Positions 12,949 to 26,114 of a stretch of DNA of 64,000 bases are shown here, piece after piece. Source of the stretch: Eledone cirrhosa (Eukaryota); contig OZ024746.1 in assembly GCA_964016885.1 (NCBI GenBank), positions 38,812,001-38,876,000 on the forward strand, in the 5' to 3' direction. Position 1 is the stretch's first letter, and every line of letters starts with the position of its first letter. The notes under the pieces are model-generated. The model saw only the letters and a list, made by a program, of their open reading frames with translations. It had not been told where the DNA came from and did no database searches. The position numbers and the translations under genes were made by a program.

Positions 12949-13352
12949 TTTATATGAATTATTTGATTTCAATTTAATTTGTTTGAGAGTGTTTTACAAT
13001 GCACCGTATCCTGTATATATAGGTAAATGCACCTGACACACAGTGTGACAAAAATGCACATAAAATATGTCATATTAAATCAATGTTTAACAAAAACAAG
13101 ATGTGTTGTGAAAAATACAAGAGTGTCTATGTATGAAAGAAAGAATTATGATTGCTTATTTTCATCGTATAACCAAATGCAACTCTATAGGTATGTTCGT
13201 TACATTTACTGTTAGTCTTGTTTATTTTTATAACCACAAAAAATTCTTTAGTAACAAGAAAATAATCTATATCTCCAACATGATTATTTGTTTATATATG
13301 TGTATGTATATATATATAGGCATGAAAATATATATATATAAATATATGCATG

Positions 13353-13388
<36 letters not shown>

Positions 13389-13415
13389 TATATATATATA
13401 TTAATATATGCATGG

Positions 13416-13446
<31 letters not shown>

Positions 13447-13565
13447 TATATATATATATAGATATATATATATATATATATATACAGATATATATATATA
13501 CACACACACAAGTGCAAACATACTATCTTGAAAATAGTGTCTTTCACATTGATATCATTCCTAAA

Positions 13566-13611
<46 letters not shown>

Positions 13612-13667
13612 GGAAATTGCAATGGAAATTGCAGCAAGGTTTGTGGGGGAAATTAAATATGAGGGTA

Positions 13668-13850
13668 ATCTGGCCAGAATTCTCTCACCTCTTTCGTTCA
13701 AACTGGCCGTAACTGGCTGCACGTACTGACATTAAGGTATTGTTCTCAAAATAAGATCAAAATCTCGTAGGTTCAATATTATACGAGATAATTATGTAAG
13801 ATAAAGCGTTTACCACAAAAATACAATAGAGTAATGTAAATGCTAAAGGG
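13668..13850 (+). mobile_element. piggyBac-like MITE, left end missing
   Basis: Matches the 15337-15558 family; ends ATGCTAAAGGG followed by TTAA. Confidence 0.8.
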
Positions 13851-13898
13851 TTAAACCATACATTTTCTTTAAAAAAATTATAGACACAATGAATAATA

Positions 13899-13947
<49 letters not shown>

Positions 13948-15336
13948 CCTGCTTGAGCCTAGATCGTCATCAGGCCAGAGTTTATCCCAGTTTCACGAGG
14001 CATTAAATGACTGAGAGACAAAGACCCCCCCACATTTCAGACAGAACACTAGTCCAACATAAGGTTAATCTAATGCTGCTATTGGAACTCATGTTTTCAT
14101 CTAAATGGACTGGAATAATGTAAAATGTCATGTTCAAGAACACAATGTGTCACCCATCCTTATGATTGTGAAGCCAACACCTCTAACAACTAGATGAGAT
14201 AATTACAGCTGAAACAATGTTGATCATATCTCAGCTCAATAAGAGATGATGTGGGCTTTTAAACAACAACAACAACAAATATGGTGTTTGCTAATTTGAA
14301 AACCAAGCTAATTATTGGTAGTAATTGATGTGGTTGCAATCAAGACTAATAAATAATTAACATCAGGTGCAACAGTTATTCAGCATCAGGTTAATATTGA
14401 AAGAGTTATAAGGTTATCAATTTGGGGTGGAAGAACAAAGACAATTGAATCAACCCCAGCATTTGACTGGTACTTTGTATTATGGACCCTAGATGGAGGA
14501 AAGGCAAAGTTGACCTCAGCTGGATTTGAACTCAGAACATACTTAACATTTTTTTGTCACTCTAATGATTCTACCAATCTACCTTGAACATTAGTTTAAT
14601 ACTGAGATAGTTACAAGGGCTTCAAGTTTGAAAAATATATTATTCAGTTATCTTTAAATGATCATCTTTGTTGTTTGTTTGTCTTTTACTGTTTAGTCAG
14701 GGATGGGAGGGAAGTGACCATGACCTTTATTAGGTCCTTTAAGGCAGATGGAAATGAGAGAGGAGGGTAATCTCAAACAAGAAAACTAGCCCAAATGCTT
14801 GCAACGATGTAGACTCTGCTAAAGGCACTCAAGGGCCAGATATTGAAAGAGTTATAAGGTTATCAATTTGGTTAATTCTACTACCCAAGTAGGCCATAGG
14901 GGACTTAAACAAAGTGCCAGAAAAAATGCCACAAAGCATCTCATTCAATATTCTACTAATTCTATCAATCTACCAATTTGGACTAACCATGAAAAATAAA
15001 TGGTGAAGTTGACAATAGCAGGATTTGAACTGAGAATAGAGAGTTAAAAATAATGTTGCAAAGCTTTTTGTCTAATGTGCTAATAACTCTGCCAGTTTAA
15101 AAAAAAAACTATCTTCATGACCTTCAAATTGTGCATGATGGTAATGATTATTCTGAAGAAATGTGTATGTTTGTACATATTATTTGCATATTTTACATGG
15201 GTATTTTCAGGTACATATATACACATGTATAAAGCAAACGATACAATTTATTGAATTACCTGGTTAGAGTATATCACATATCTATATTATCAAACCTCTA
15301 CACCCAAGAAAAATGAAAAGAAAATTTGCGGTTTAT

Positions 15337-15558
15337 CCCTTTAGTATTTAAACCGGCCATATCCGACCAGAATTCTCTCATCTCTTTCTGTTCAAACTGG
15401 CCATAACCAGCTGCTCATACTTATGTTAAGGTATTGTCCTCAAAATAAATAATATCAAAATCTCATAGATTTTGATATTATGTGAGATAATTATGTGAGA
15501 TAAAGTCCTTACTGTGAAAATATAACAGTAAATATAGAGTAATGTAAATGCTAAAGGG
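15337..15558 (+). mobile_element. piggyBac-like MITE with TTAT target duplication
   Basis: TTAT-CCCTTTAGTATTTA ... TAAATGCTAAAGGG-TTAT. Confidence 0.85.
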
Positions 15559-16005
15559 TTATATCACACTTTCAACACAGAAACAGAAATAGAAGATTCT
15601 AAAGTTTATGTAATGACTCAACCAGACCTACGTGATTGTGCTCATCCACAAGTTATTTTTTGAGAGTATTAATATAAATTAATTATTAATATATGTAGGC
15701 ACATAGACATACACACAAATATGTTTGATGTTTCTGATCCCACATCTCATATTTTATTGCGTTTAATTGTTTATTTTTTATTTTTCAAATAAAATCTGTT
15801 ATTTGCAATAATGACTAAAATATGATATTACTTGTTATTAACAAAAACAATGATATATACATATATATATATACATGCATATATATATATCATATATATA
15901 CATGCATATATATATATATCATATATATACATGCATATATATATATATCATATATATACATGCATATATATATCATATATATATATATATACATATATAT
16001 ATATC

Positions 16006-16037
<32 letters not shown>

Positions 16038-16283
16038 GCATATATATGCATATATACATACACACACATGCAAACACTCATGCATGCACATGCACACATA
16101 TATATACAAAGACATATATGTGTGTGTATGTATGTATATTAGCATTATAAAAGTAGCTAACAATTGTGCAGGTAACAGTATTAAAGTTTTATATAACACT
16201 TACAGTTTAATTTGAATGTTTTTGTTCGTGTAGAATGTGTAGAATCCTATATAGTGTGAAGGCTGAAGGCAGAAATGGCTCAC

Positions 16284-16315
16284 CTAAAATTATCATTATC
16301 GATAAACTGCTTTTT
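16284..16315 (-). CDS. Candidate 32-nt micro-exon (KKQFIDNDNF+AG)
   Basis: Acceptor ...GGATTTAG, donor AG|GTGAGC. Its phase-0 start fits the 17630-17745 exon. Confidence 0.3.
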
Positions 16316-16805
16316 CTAAATCCATATAAAACCGGAAACAGAGATAATCTCAACTAAGCACCTCTAGCTCATCTGATGTGGATGCTGACCTTGCATGCAT
16401 CACTTAATACACAGTGCAAACGGCAACACTATTAATTAATATGCACTATCATTACCATCAGCATCATTTTTAAATCAGACTTTTCACGCTGGCATGGGTT
16501 GGACAATTTATCACATTCTGGGGTTAGACTTGTCAGGTAATCATATCTTGCTCATATATCCCATTTGTCAAGGGTATGGATCCACAGTATATTGGAGCAA
16601 AAGGGTACCTCAGATAATATATTACACAAATGTTATCTTCTTCTTGTATACCTAGATGCATAAAAACCAAGCAATGCCCAAGAGACATCTCTTTTTCTGC
16701 AAAAGACTGGACGCAGTACTGTAGATTGATGAAACAGGTTTCATTCAAGTATTGCTCCAGTTATTAATTCAGTAATAACTATTTTATAGGTAGATCAAGA
16801 AGATT

Positions 16806-17025
16806 AAGTGGTGAATTGGCAGAGTCATTAAGACATCAGAATGCTTTACAGTATCCGTCCCACCCGAGTTCAAATCCCACTGGGGTCAATTTTGCCTTTC
16901 CTCCTTTTGAGGTCGATAAAAGAAAAGTACCAGTCCAGTACGGGGATTGATTCTTTCTCAATAGAAAAAAATTTGGCAGGGTTCAGACCTGGAGAGGGTT
17001 GGGCTCTGCCAAATTTTAAAGTCTG
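16806..17025 (+). mobile_element. tRNA-derived SINE, family C (B-like head, different tail)
   Basis: Shares GTTCAGACCTGGAGAGGGTTGGGCTC with 39672-39960. Minus-strand copies lie at about 23030-23320 and 60720-60955. Confidence 0.8.
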
Positions 17026-17629
17026 CATCACCATTTTATCCTGGATTTGAAATAAAGAACAATTGGGCAGAGGAAGATGAAAAGTGGAGAGCTGCTGTAG
17101 TGAGAGGAACCCATTCAACCCATGCAAGTGTGGACCAACGGCCATAGGATGATGATGGTGGTGGGCCAACAAAATGTTTTCAAATACAAGCCACCCAGGA
17201 ATCAACACATGACAGCTACAAGTATATTGACATGTTGTAACCTTTCTTTGCAGTTTTTACCCTTAATACAATTGTTCTTGCTGAAATAGAAATTTGTAAA
17301 CCAACACTATTCGACTTGCCGCTCTTTTTCTCATTCCTCAAATTCCATAATAAATATTTCATCAAAACATTCACACACAGAACTGAGAACTGTATAACCT
17401 TCTAAAAATCTCTCCCTGTTCAAGTTTTCTTTATACATATCAAAATGCATAAATTCAAACGGAACAACAATTAAAGTTTCCAGTAGTTTTGGGGGATGAA
17501 AAAACCTGAAAAACTCTATAGATGATTTTTTTTGTCCTAAATTAAAATCTAGGAAATAATGTGTAGCATAGTTTAGATGCTATGTATTATGTCATAGATA
17601 AGGTAATAAAAAAACAAGAACATACATAC

Positions 17630-17745
17630 CTGTTCAGTTGAACTGCTAATATCAAATGTCTCAGTTTCATCAAAGCTTTTGATCGGAGAGCTAGACAAAG
17701 ACAGGTAATCATTTGTAGTATCAGATATGTTACCTCGGTTAGTAT
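17630..17745 (-). CDS. Candidate internal exon of an unidentified host gene (Ser/Thr/Asp-rich)
   Basis: Acceptor TTTCAATATATTTCAG; open frame (D)TNRGNISDTTNDYLSLSSSPIKSFDETETFDISSSTEQ; donor CAG|GTATGT; 116 nt, phase 1 to 0. Confidence 0.6.
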
Positions 17746-18004
17746 CTGAAATATATTGAAATACAAACATGATTATCTTCAAACAAAAATAACATGTCTT
17801 GGTTTGTGGTAGAAGACAACACATTTTGTAAGAAAGTAACAAATTCATTTTTATGACATTCAAGGGGTGCTGCTACATTTACTCATATTTATCAAATATG
17901 TGGATCTATTGCTTGTGAGTACATAGGTTTCAATGTATTGAATTAGATTCAGGTATTCAGTATATAACAATAGCACCCATACAGGTTCATCAGGAGTTAA
18001 GAGC

Positions 18005-18278
18005 TTGGTTTTCACTTCAATTTATTATAAATTTCCAGTTGGTTGGTTCGATAACTGGATGGTTGTTTATATATTGTCAAAGCTCTTTCGTCACACATTC
18101 TGTGACCTCCACACAAAAACAAGATGGTGTAGGACAGAACAAATAAGAGACACAAAATAAAAACCTAGTCACTGAGGAGGTCACAGAATGTGATGAAAGA
18201 GCTTTGACAATATATAAACAACCATCTGGTTATCGAACCAACTAACCAACCAGCCAAATAAATTGAAGTGAAAACCAA
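18005..18278. mobile_element. Fold-back element with ~105-bp arms (18005-18110 / 18176-18278), Penelope-like
   Basis: TTGGTTTTCACTTCAATTTAT...TGTGACCTCC pairs with GGAGGTCACA...ATAAATTGAAGTGAAAACCAA. Confidence 0.8.
18168..18208 (+). ncRNA. Minimal type I hammerhead ribozyme motif
   Basis: GTCA-CTGAGGA-G-GTCACA-GAA-TGTGAT-GAAA-GAGC-TT-TGAC: stem I GTCA/TGAC and a 6-bp stem II. Confidence 0.7.
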
Positions 18279-19384
18279 CAGGTGCATGTGTTTTTATTGG
18301 CAGCATGACCCTGCCAAAGTCTAACAATATATATATATATATATAACAAAATTTAATATAAAAATGGCTTCTACAGGACTAGAACTGTTTTATTCAAAAG
18401 AAATCATATGATATATATAATCATCAGTATTTATGCATCCACCTTTCTATGCTGGCATGGCTGTGTAGGTTTAAATGTGTTTGATATATGAAGAAACCAT
18501 TCCTAGAAGGGTTAAGAGAACCCCTCACTTGTATCAATAGCACAACAACCTCTCTAGTGTTGGTTATTTACAGGATAAATGCACCCAGTACAGGCTGTAA
18601 ACCAATTGGTGATTGGAAAAGTAGCTGGCCACAGAAACAAAGGGTTGCAAGAACCCCCAGTTGTGTCCAGGACATGACAATCTCCTTAGTGATGATGATC
18701 TACACAATAAAAGCATTCAGTAAATGCTGTAAAGTGATTGGTGATAGAAAGTGAATTCAGCTGTAGAATGCTTACTAAACAAAAGCTTGGGAGGACCCTT
18801 CAGTTGTGTCACAGACATATTGTCTCTAGTGCTAATGCCACAATAAAATGCACTTGCTAGAATGTAGAAAGGTATGTAAGGAAGATGCGACTCTCTAGTC
18901 TGTTTGAAGGTTAGTAGCCCTGCCTTAGTACTGACTCAATCTGTGGAGACCCATCCAACTCTTGTTAGCAGTGAAAGTGGACGTTAAATGATGATGATAA
19001 TATATATATACATATATATACTACGCATCATCATTATCATCAGTTTAACATCCATTTTTCCACGCTGGCATGGGTTAGATGGGTTGTCCAGACATGAGCC
19101 AACCCAGAGCAGATCACCGTCTCCAGCTCATGCTGGACCGATTCCGGCTTAATTTCCACAGCTGGATGCCCTTCTTAATGCCAACCATATTTACAATGTG
19201 TACAAGGGGCCTGTTATCATGGTACCAAAATTACCACTTTACAGTGTGAATTGTGCATGGGGATTGGAGGGGTAGATCTAGGGTGGGGCACTTATCTGGT
19301 GATGGGTGTATCAAGGGTTGGTGTAAAGGCATTGGAGTTATATGAAAAGTGGAGGTAAATATATATATATAAATTACATATAAG

Positions 19385-19675
19385 AGGGATAAGTTGTGGT
19401 GTGCAGGAGAGAAGGCTGAGATGGTATGGACATGTGATGCACATGGAGGATGACCGATGGGTGAACAAGTGCCAGGAAGTCCCAGTGGAGGGAAGACACA
19501 GTAGAGGTAGACCACGAAAAACATGGGTGGAGGTGTGAGAGCAGACTTCAGATCACTGAAACTCACCGAGGAGATGATGAAGGAGTGTGATGGGTGGAGA
19601 GATGCTGTGCTGAATAGGACCCGTCCAACCCTTGCAAGAAGGGAAAGCAGACGTAAATTGATGATGATGATGATT
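19385..19675 (+). mobile_element. 5'-truncated RTE LINE 3' end
   Basis: Encodes QERRLRWYGHVMHMEDDRWVNKCQEVPVEGRHSRGRPRKTW; homologous to 27036-27300; (ATG)n tail. Confidence 0.9.
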
Positions 19676-19869
19676 ATGTATACTATATATATATATGTGT
19701 GTGTGTGCAATATATATGTATATATGTATATATGTATCACCTTGTATGTGTATGTTGTGTGACCCAGGATCTGTGATAGGACAGTAACTTGAGAACTTGG
19801 TCTATCACAACCTGTCCATCCTACACCAATATCGAAAAACATGTTAAATGATATTGATTATATATACAT

Positions 19870-19942
<73 letters not shown>

Positions 19943-20382
19943 GCACACACACTCACACACAAGAAGCACATTGTACAACAATGATGTAAAATAAGACTGG
20001 CCAAGGACACACACAACTATCACAGATACCAACTGCTATTTCAAGGGGATTAAAGCAAGGCATAATACATTATGAAATAGTGTTAAACTAATGAAAGATT
20101 ATAATCCATTTGTCGATAATCTTTATTCGATTTGTAGATTAGCTTATTCTGGAAAGGACAAAGCTTTCACTAGTCAATTTTAAGCTATTAAAGAAAAATA
20201 ATGATATCAGAAATGATCTTAAAGTATGCCATTATTATCATTATATGTTAATTATGTTTAAGAAAATGTTTAGGTTGAAACCTCATGAGACAGCATGTAA
20301 TTTGTACAACTGAAGAAACATGATTTCTAAGAAATTAGATTTTATTTCAACTTAAAAGATCCTATATTTTAGGGAAATGATA

Positions 20383-20780
20383 ATAATTGTTTCTACTTTA
20401 GGCACAAGGCCAACAATTACCCAGTACATCACTGGTACTTTATTTTATCGACCCCGTAAGGATGAAAGGCAAAGTTAACCTCGGCGGGATTTGAACTCAG
20501 ACTGTAAAGGGACGTAACTATGCTAGAAAGCATGGCGTCCAACCCTCTACCAATACTGCCAATTCACCGCCCTTGAAATGATAATGCTTTTTAATATAGA
20601 TACAAGGCCAGCAATTTTGCGGGAGGTGAAAGTCGATTAAATCGACTCCAGAGCATTACTGGTACTTTATTTTATTGACCCCGTAAGGATGAAAGGCAAA
20701 GCTAACCTTGTTGGGATTTTAACTCAGAACATAAAGGACCATAACTATGCTACACAGCATCTCTGGCACCCTACCAATTT
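20383..20780 (-). mobile_element. Two tandem family B SINEs
   Basis: A young copy at 20383-20575 with TSD GAAATGATAAT sits next to the tail of a second copy. Confidence 0.88.
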
Positions 20781-21494
20781 TAGGCCACTAAGGGAAGCTG
20801 GGCACCACCATGACACCTCCACTCCAGCAATGAAATGCTGGTACCACAGTCTCCCCGCACATCAACATGACCATGTACATTGAGCACCCTAATCCTGTAA
20901 TGAAATTGTACTGGTGCCACTACAAAAGCACTGTCTACCCTGTAAGGTGGTAATGCTGGTGACATGATAAACAGCACCCAGTTCATTCTTTAAGGTGGTA
21001 GTGTTGGAGTCATGATAACATGCTCCCAGTACTCTCTGTAAAGTGGTTGGTGTTAGGAAAGGCATCCAGCCATAGAAACCATGTTCCCATTACATGCATG
21101 AAAGTGGTTGGCATTAGGAAGAGCATGCAGCCATAAAAATCTAACCAAAACAAAGTATATGAGCAGGACCTAGTCACCTAATTAGTCTGGGATCATTACG
21201 TGACAGCTGTCTAACTCATGCAAGCATAGAAAATAGATGATAGACAATGATGATGATGATGATGATGATGACTTAGTCAAGATTTAAGCTCAGAGATCAA
21301 GGCACTAGAAAAAATACTGATGTTTTCAGCACTCTGCAAATTCAGTCATTTAAAGAATACTAAATAAGATTTTTTTCCATGCAAGGAAGGCCAATTACCC
21401 ATGAAATTTTAAAAGGTCTCCAAGATTGATAAGAGAAAGAGGGAAAAAAACCCATGACTTATAGCTTTTCTACAGTAGAAAGCAGAATATCATT

Positions 21495-21650
21495 TTCATC
21501 ATCATTATCATCATCATCATTATCGTTTTTACATCTGCTTCTCTGCTTGCAACGATTGGACGGGTCCTTTTCAACACAACACTTCTCCACTCATTACATT
21601 CTTTTATCACCTCTGTGAGTTTATATTGAGTTATCCTCAGACTGCAGATC
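21495..21650 (-). mobile_element. RTE LINE 3' fragment
   Basis: KLTEEVIKE-like / WRSVVLKRTRPIVASREADVK sequence plus a (CAT)n tail; homologous to 19560-19670. Confidence 0.75.
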
Positions 21651-22800
21651 TGATCTAGATGCAATTGATTAAATTCTATAAAGAGTAGCCAAGGGCTAGG
21701 TTGTGTTGTTAAACTAGATGACAAATTAAATCTACTGCCCAAGATCATCTACAGCCCATCTGATGGATTTTTGTTTAGATGAGCCTGGGACCCACATCCC
21801 ATATGTAAGCAAAATGCAGACTTCTGGCCCATCTGAGCAATCAATAGAATGCAGGAATGTAAGTAAGCAAAATGCAGACCTCTGGCCCATCTGAGAGATC
21901 AGAAGCTCCACTTCAGTTTCACCAATCTATGATGACCTACACATTATGATAATGATGATGGCTTGGGTCAACTCGTGTCTAACCGAGTCTATTGTTGATT
22001 ACGCTTACCCAATTTGCCATGCTGTGGTATTGATGTCAAAATTACATGATTGTGAAGTAAATTTCTTGACCACATAGCCATTCCTAAGTCCATAAATACA
22101 CATTCTCATAGAGAATTAACTGATTTTAATTCTGCTGTGTTATGCAATCTTTGACTTAAACTTACTGCTGAATCCAACCAATTGTGTGATAAATATAAAA
22201 TCATTACACAAATTTATACAATCTGACAAGAGAACATACATAGTTTAAACTATAGTAAAGCTGAATGGAATGAATAATACATTTTCACATGATATTATAC
22301 CATGATGGAAGGGACAGTCATGTGACCTACAAACTCTCTAGTTATGAATTAACAGCTAAGATTTTAATACAAATTATATGTAACCTGAAAGACATCAATT
22401 TCCATCAATAAGCCTCTATTGCTCTTTTCCTATCTCAAATTGGAGTTATAATTTCTAATATCAGATGATATAGTATTATGTATACTTAAAAATATCTGTG
22501 TGCAACCCATTTTTTTAAATAATTACACCATATCCCTGTGTGTTGTAGGATGTGATTAAAAAGACTGGCATTAGAAAAACATGTTTCCATAAAATACATC
22601 CATAAGGCATGGAAAACGAACACAAACACATTGATGGTAGTGGTGGAGATGGTTGTGTACAATAAGACCTGTGGTGATTCTATAATTCTAGGTTCACTGA
22701 GACTGACGGAGCTCCAAATGAGATTGAAATTGCTCTTTTTTAACAGTCACGATTATATGTTCCTTTTAAGAGTTTTGAGTTGAACATTTTTTTAGAACAC

Positions 22801-22851
<51 letters not shown>

Positions 22852-23839
22852 CTTAAACTAAGTGCAGATGCAAATATAAAGTGCAGTTTTAATATTCTTG
22901 TTATTGTGACTTCTACAATAGAATTTTAACTTGAAGTGGGAGAATGGTTTTGATTAAAAATGTCTTTGACAACTTTTCTATGAGGACTCTACCTTTGGCA
23001 AGTTTGGTAGAGCAATTTGTAGACTAATAAATGTATGTATGCATGGTCCCATAACTCCCTCCTGGGGTACTCTATTAACATATAGCGTTTCTTGGGCATT
23101 TTTTTAAACCCAATTACAGCAGATTTCTTCCAGAGAAGAATAGAGAGTGAGAATTTGAGAAGGAGATATAGAGGAAGAATCAACTCCAATTGTAGATTTG
23201 GTACTTTTTTATCAACCTTGTATTGATGAAAGGCAAAGTTATCCCCAGTAGGATTTGAACTCAGAGAGCAGAAAACCAAAATGAATACTGATGTTCTAAT
23301 GATTCTGCCAAGTCACTGCCTAAACCAATGAAACCATGTTTAATTCTCTTCTGTATGGTTTTTATATTAACATTTACACACGGTTTAAAATGCATAGATG
23401 TGTCCTGACTCTCTCACAAAACACTGGTCAGTCCAAGGCACTGGTCAGTCACATGCTCAAGGTATTGCACAGTAGAATTGCTTTCAAAACCATATGATTG
23501 TGAAGCAAACTTCTTATCCATATTGCCAAAGAATGAAAAGATGAATTAATGACTTTAAAATTAGTAAAACTAGCTGTCAAGTTAAGCCTGTCTTGAGAGG
23601 AGCAACCACCAATAAAATTGTCTGAGTTGCAGTCATATCACATTTTGTCAAGCATACAGGTGTTTTAAGAGGTGTCTGTTCCATTATGTAGTGAGAATGG
23701 CTATAGGGAAAGGCTGGCAGTCATTTGTGGGTATGTGATAAATATGACAATTGGATGAGGGCATTACATGTTCAATCCTGAAAAAAATATGTCCTGAAAT
23801 GTTTTCAATTCAGCACATCACAGCTTTCTAATTTAAAAA

Positions 23840-24460
23840 TATAAGGCCAGCAATGTTGTTTTTTTTCGGTGGGATTGTTTGAATTGATACCGGAACTTGA
23901 TTGTTACTTTTATCAACCCCAGAAGGATGAAAGACAAATTTTACTTGGGTGGGATTTGAACTCAGAATGTAAATTGCCATAACTAAATGTTGTAAAGTAT
24001 TTTGCCTGATACTTTAATGATACAGCCAAGCCACTGAAATAATGGTTTCTGATTTAGGCACAAAGCCAACAATTTTTTTGGAGGAGGGGAAAGTTGATTA
24101 AATCAACCCCAGTGAATTACTGGTACTTTAATTTATCAACCCCATGTGGATGAAATGCAAAGCTAGCCATGGTGGGATTTGAACTCAGAACATAAAGGGC
24201 CATAACTATATGCCACAAAGCATGTGGCCTGACACTCTGCTGGTACTGCTAATCCACCACCCTATGCTACAGATATAATTGTTTCTACTTTAGGCAGAAG
24301 GCCAGCAATTACCCAGTGCATTACTGGTACTTTATTTTATCGACCCCATAAGGATGAAAGGCAAAGTTAACCTCGGCGGGATTTGAACTCAGATCGTAAA
24401 GGGACGTAACTATGCTGGAAAGCATGGCGTCCGACCCTCTACCGATACTGCCAATCCAAT
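23840..24460 (-). mobile_element. Three head-to-tail family B SINEs
   Basis: Three repeats of AGGCCAGCAAT...GGATGAAA..GGATTTGAACTCAG with increasing similarity to the consensus. Confidence 0.85.
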
Positions 24461-25127
24461 AATGAAAGAGAAAAAGATTGAAAGAAAATAGAAACCATCC
24501 ATCGAACAAATGATTGTGGAGTTGAATAAATATTGTCATGCTTGTTGAATAACTAAAATATCTTTTAGTTTCTGGATTAGTCTGGAAATTGATGTCACTA
24601 TTGCTATTATTGCTGTTATTGTTGCTGCTGTTGTTATTGCTGCTGCACTACTACAGCTGCTGATGATAATGGTGGTGCTGATAATCCAGATTAGCAATTA
24701 AGTCGGAGAACATTGAGGATTCATCATCAGTTTCATTTGATAATCCCATCCACCCACACACATACACATACCTATACATAGCTTTTGTTTCTAGGTTAGA
24801 GCTTTCAGGGACCATGATGATGATGATGATGAGGAGGAGGAGGAGGTGATGGTGGCAGTGTTGTTGGTGGTGATGGTGGTGGTGGTGGTGGTGATGGTGG
24901 TGATGGTGGCGGTAGTGATGAATGTAGTTATAATGACGATGATGATGAGCCATTTAGCTTAATATATCCAACATGCTTGCATGAAGGGATTTTTATAATT
25001 CCTTTTGTAAATCTGAACCACCACATACCAATGAAGTGTTTTTTTTAATTCCTTTATTGTAGTTTTTTCTTTATTTTTAATTTTCAAACCCTATCTATCT
25101 ATTGTTAACCACTTAAGATGTATATTG

Positions 25128-25440
25128 AGTGCATTTTATCGTGGCACCAGCCCTACCACTTTACAGAGTGTACTAAGTGTATTTTATCATGGCACCAGCA
25201 CTACCACTTTACAGAATATACTAAGTGTATTTCATCATGGCATGAACACTATTACTTTACTGAATGTACTAGGTGTATTTCATCATGGCACCAACACTAT
25301 CACTTCACTGGGTGTCTGGCGGTATTTTCTCATGTCATGAACACTACAACTTTACAGAGTGTACTATGTGTATTTTATATTGGCACCAACACTATCACTT
25401 TACTGGGTGTACTGGGTGCATTTTATCATAACACCAACAC
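25128..25440. repeat. 48-bp minisatellite (about 6.5 copies)
   Basis: Unit ATTTTATCATGGCACCAGCACTACCACTTTACAGAGTGTACTAAGTGT. Confidence 0.9.
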
Positions 25441-25529
25441 GAGAAAGGTTTTTTTTGTATTTTCTCTTTTTAATAGGATTGACTTTTAGAGAAAGGGTGC
25501 ATATGTAAGTGCATGTGCACATGAATGGG

Positions 25530-25830
25530 AGGGGCTGTGGTTTAGTGGTTAACATGACTGACAAACAATCATAAAGTCATGAGTTCAGTTACCAGTAGTG
25601 TGTAGTGTTCCTAAATAAGACACTTTTAATCTGTCCACACATCTGGTGAAAATGAGCTGTACTTGTAATTCAAAGGGCTTGCTTTGTCACACACTGTGTC
25701 ACACAATCTCCCTGAGAACTACAATTAGAGCACATGTGTCTGTGGAATGATCAACCACTTGCACATTAATTTCAGGCTGTTCCATTGGTGTAACAATTGT
25801 TAACACTCATAATTGTGAGAACCAACTACA
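25530..25830 (+). mobile_element. tRNA-derived SINE, family D (decayed)
   Basis: Shares TGTAATTCAAAGGG..TTGTCACAC..AATCTCC..AGAACTACA with 52347-52665 (+) and about 42945-43530 (-). Confidence 0.75.
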
Positions 25831-25926
25831 TCCAACACAGTGTTATATCGGCAGTATTATAGGGTGTTTTACAGTTAGATAATATTGGTCTGACAGTATA
25901 GTACTCCAGCCAGTGTATCATCTCAC

Positions 25927-26114
25927 CTGTCATTCTAACGATCGAGAAGGGAATTGAACTCATATGAAACACATCTGATTCCTTTAGGTAGGTCAGGTCA
26001 GGCTTCTGCCTGTTATTAGTACCATGTAACCCAGTATAACCTGCTTTCTGGTCAGCAACTAAACCAGCTCCCCCATTAGACCAGGAGGGTAAGTTCAGTG
26101 AGCCAGAACAAATA
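25927..26114 (-). CDS. Candidate internal exon
   Basis: Acceptor GAATATTTCAG; 188-nt open frame ICSGSLNLPSWSNGG...SIVRMT; donor ACAG|GTGAGA. It ends in phase 1, matching the 17745 exon. Confidence 0.3.

Noticed and set aside
16533-16748. 71-aa minus-strand ORF as an exon
   Set aside because: No clear donor/acceptor pair in phase with neighbouring candidates, and no recognisable homology.
24651-24953. Poly-His ORF
   Set aside because: Built from (GAT)/(GGT) microsatellites, with no convincing splice sites.
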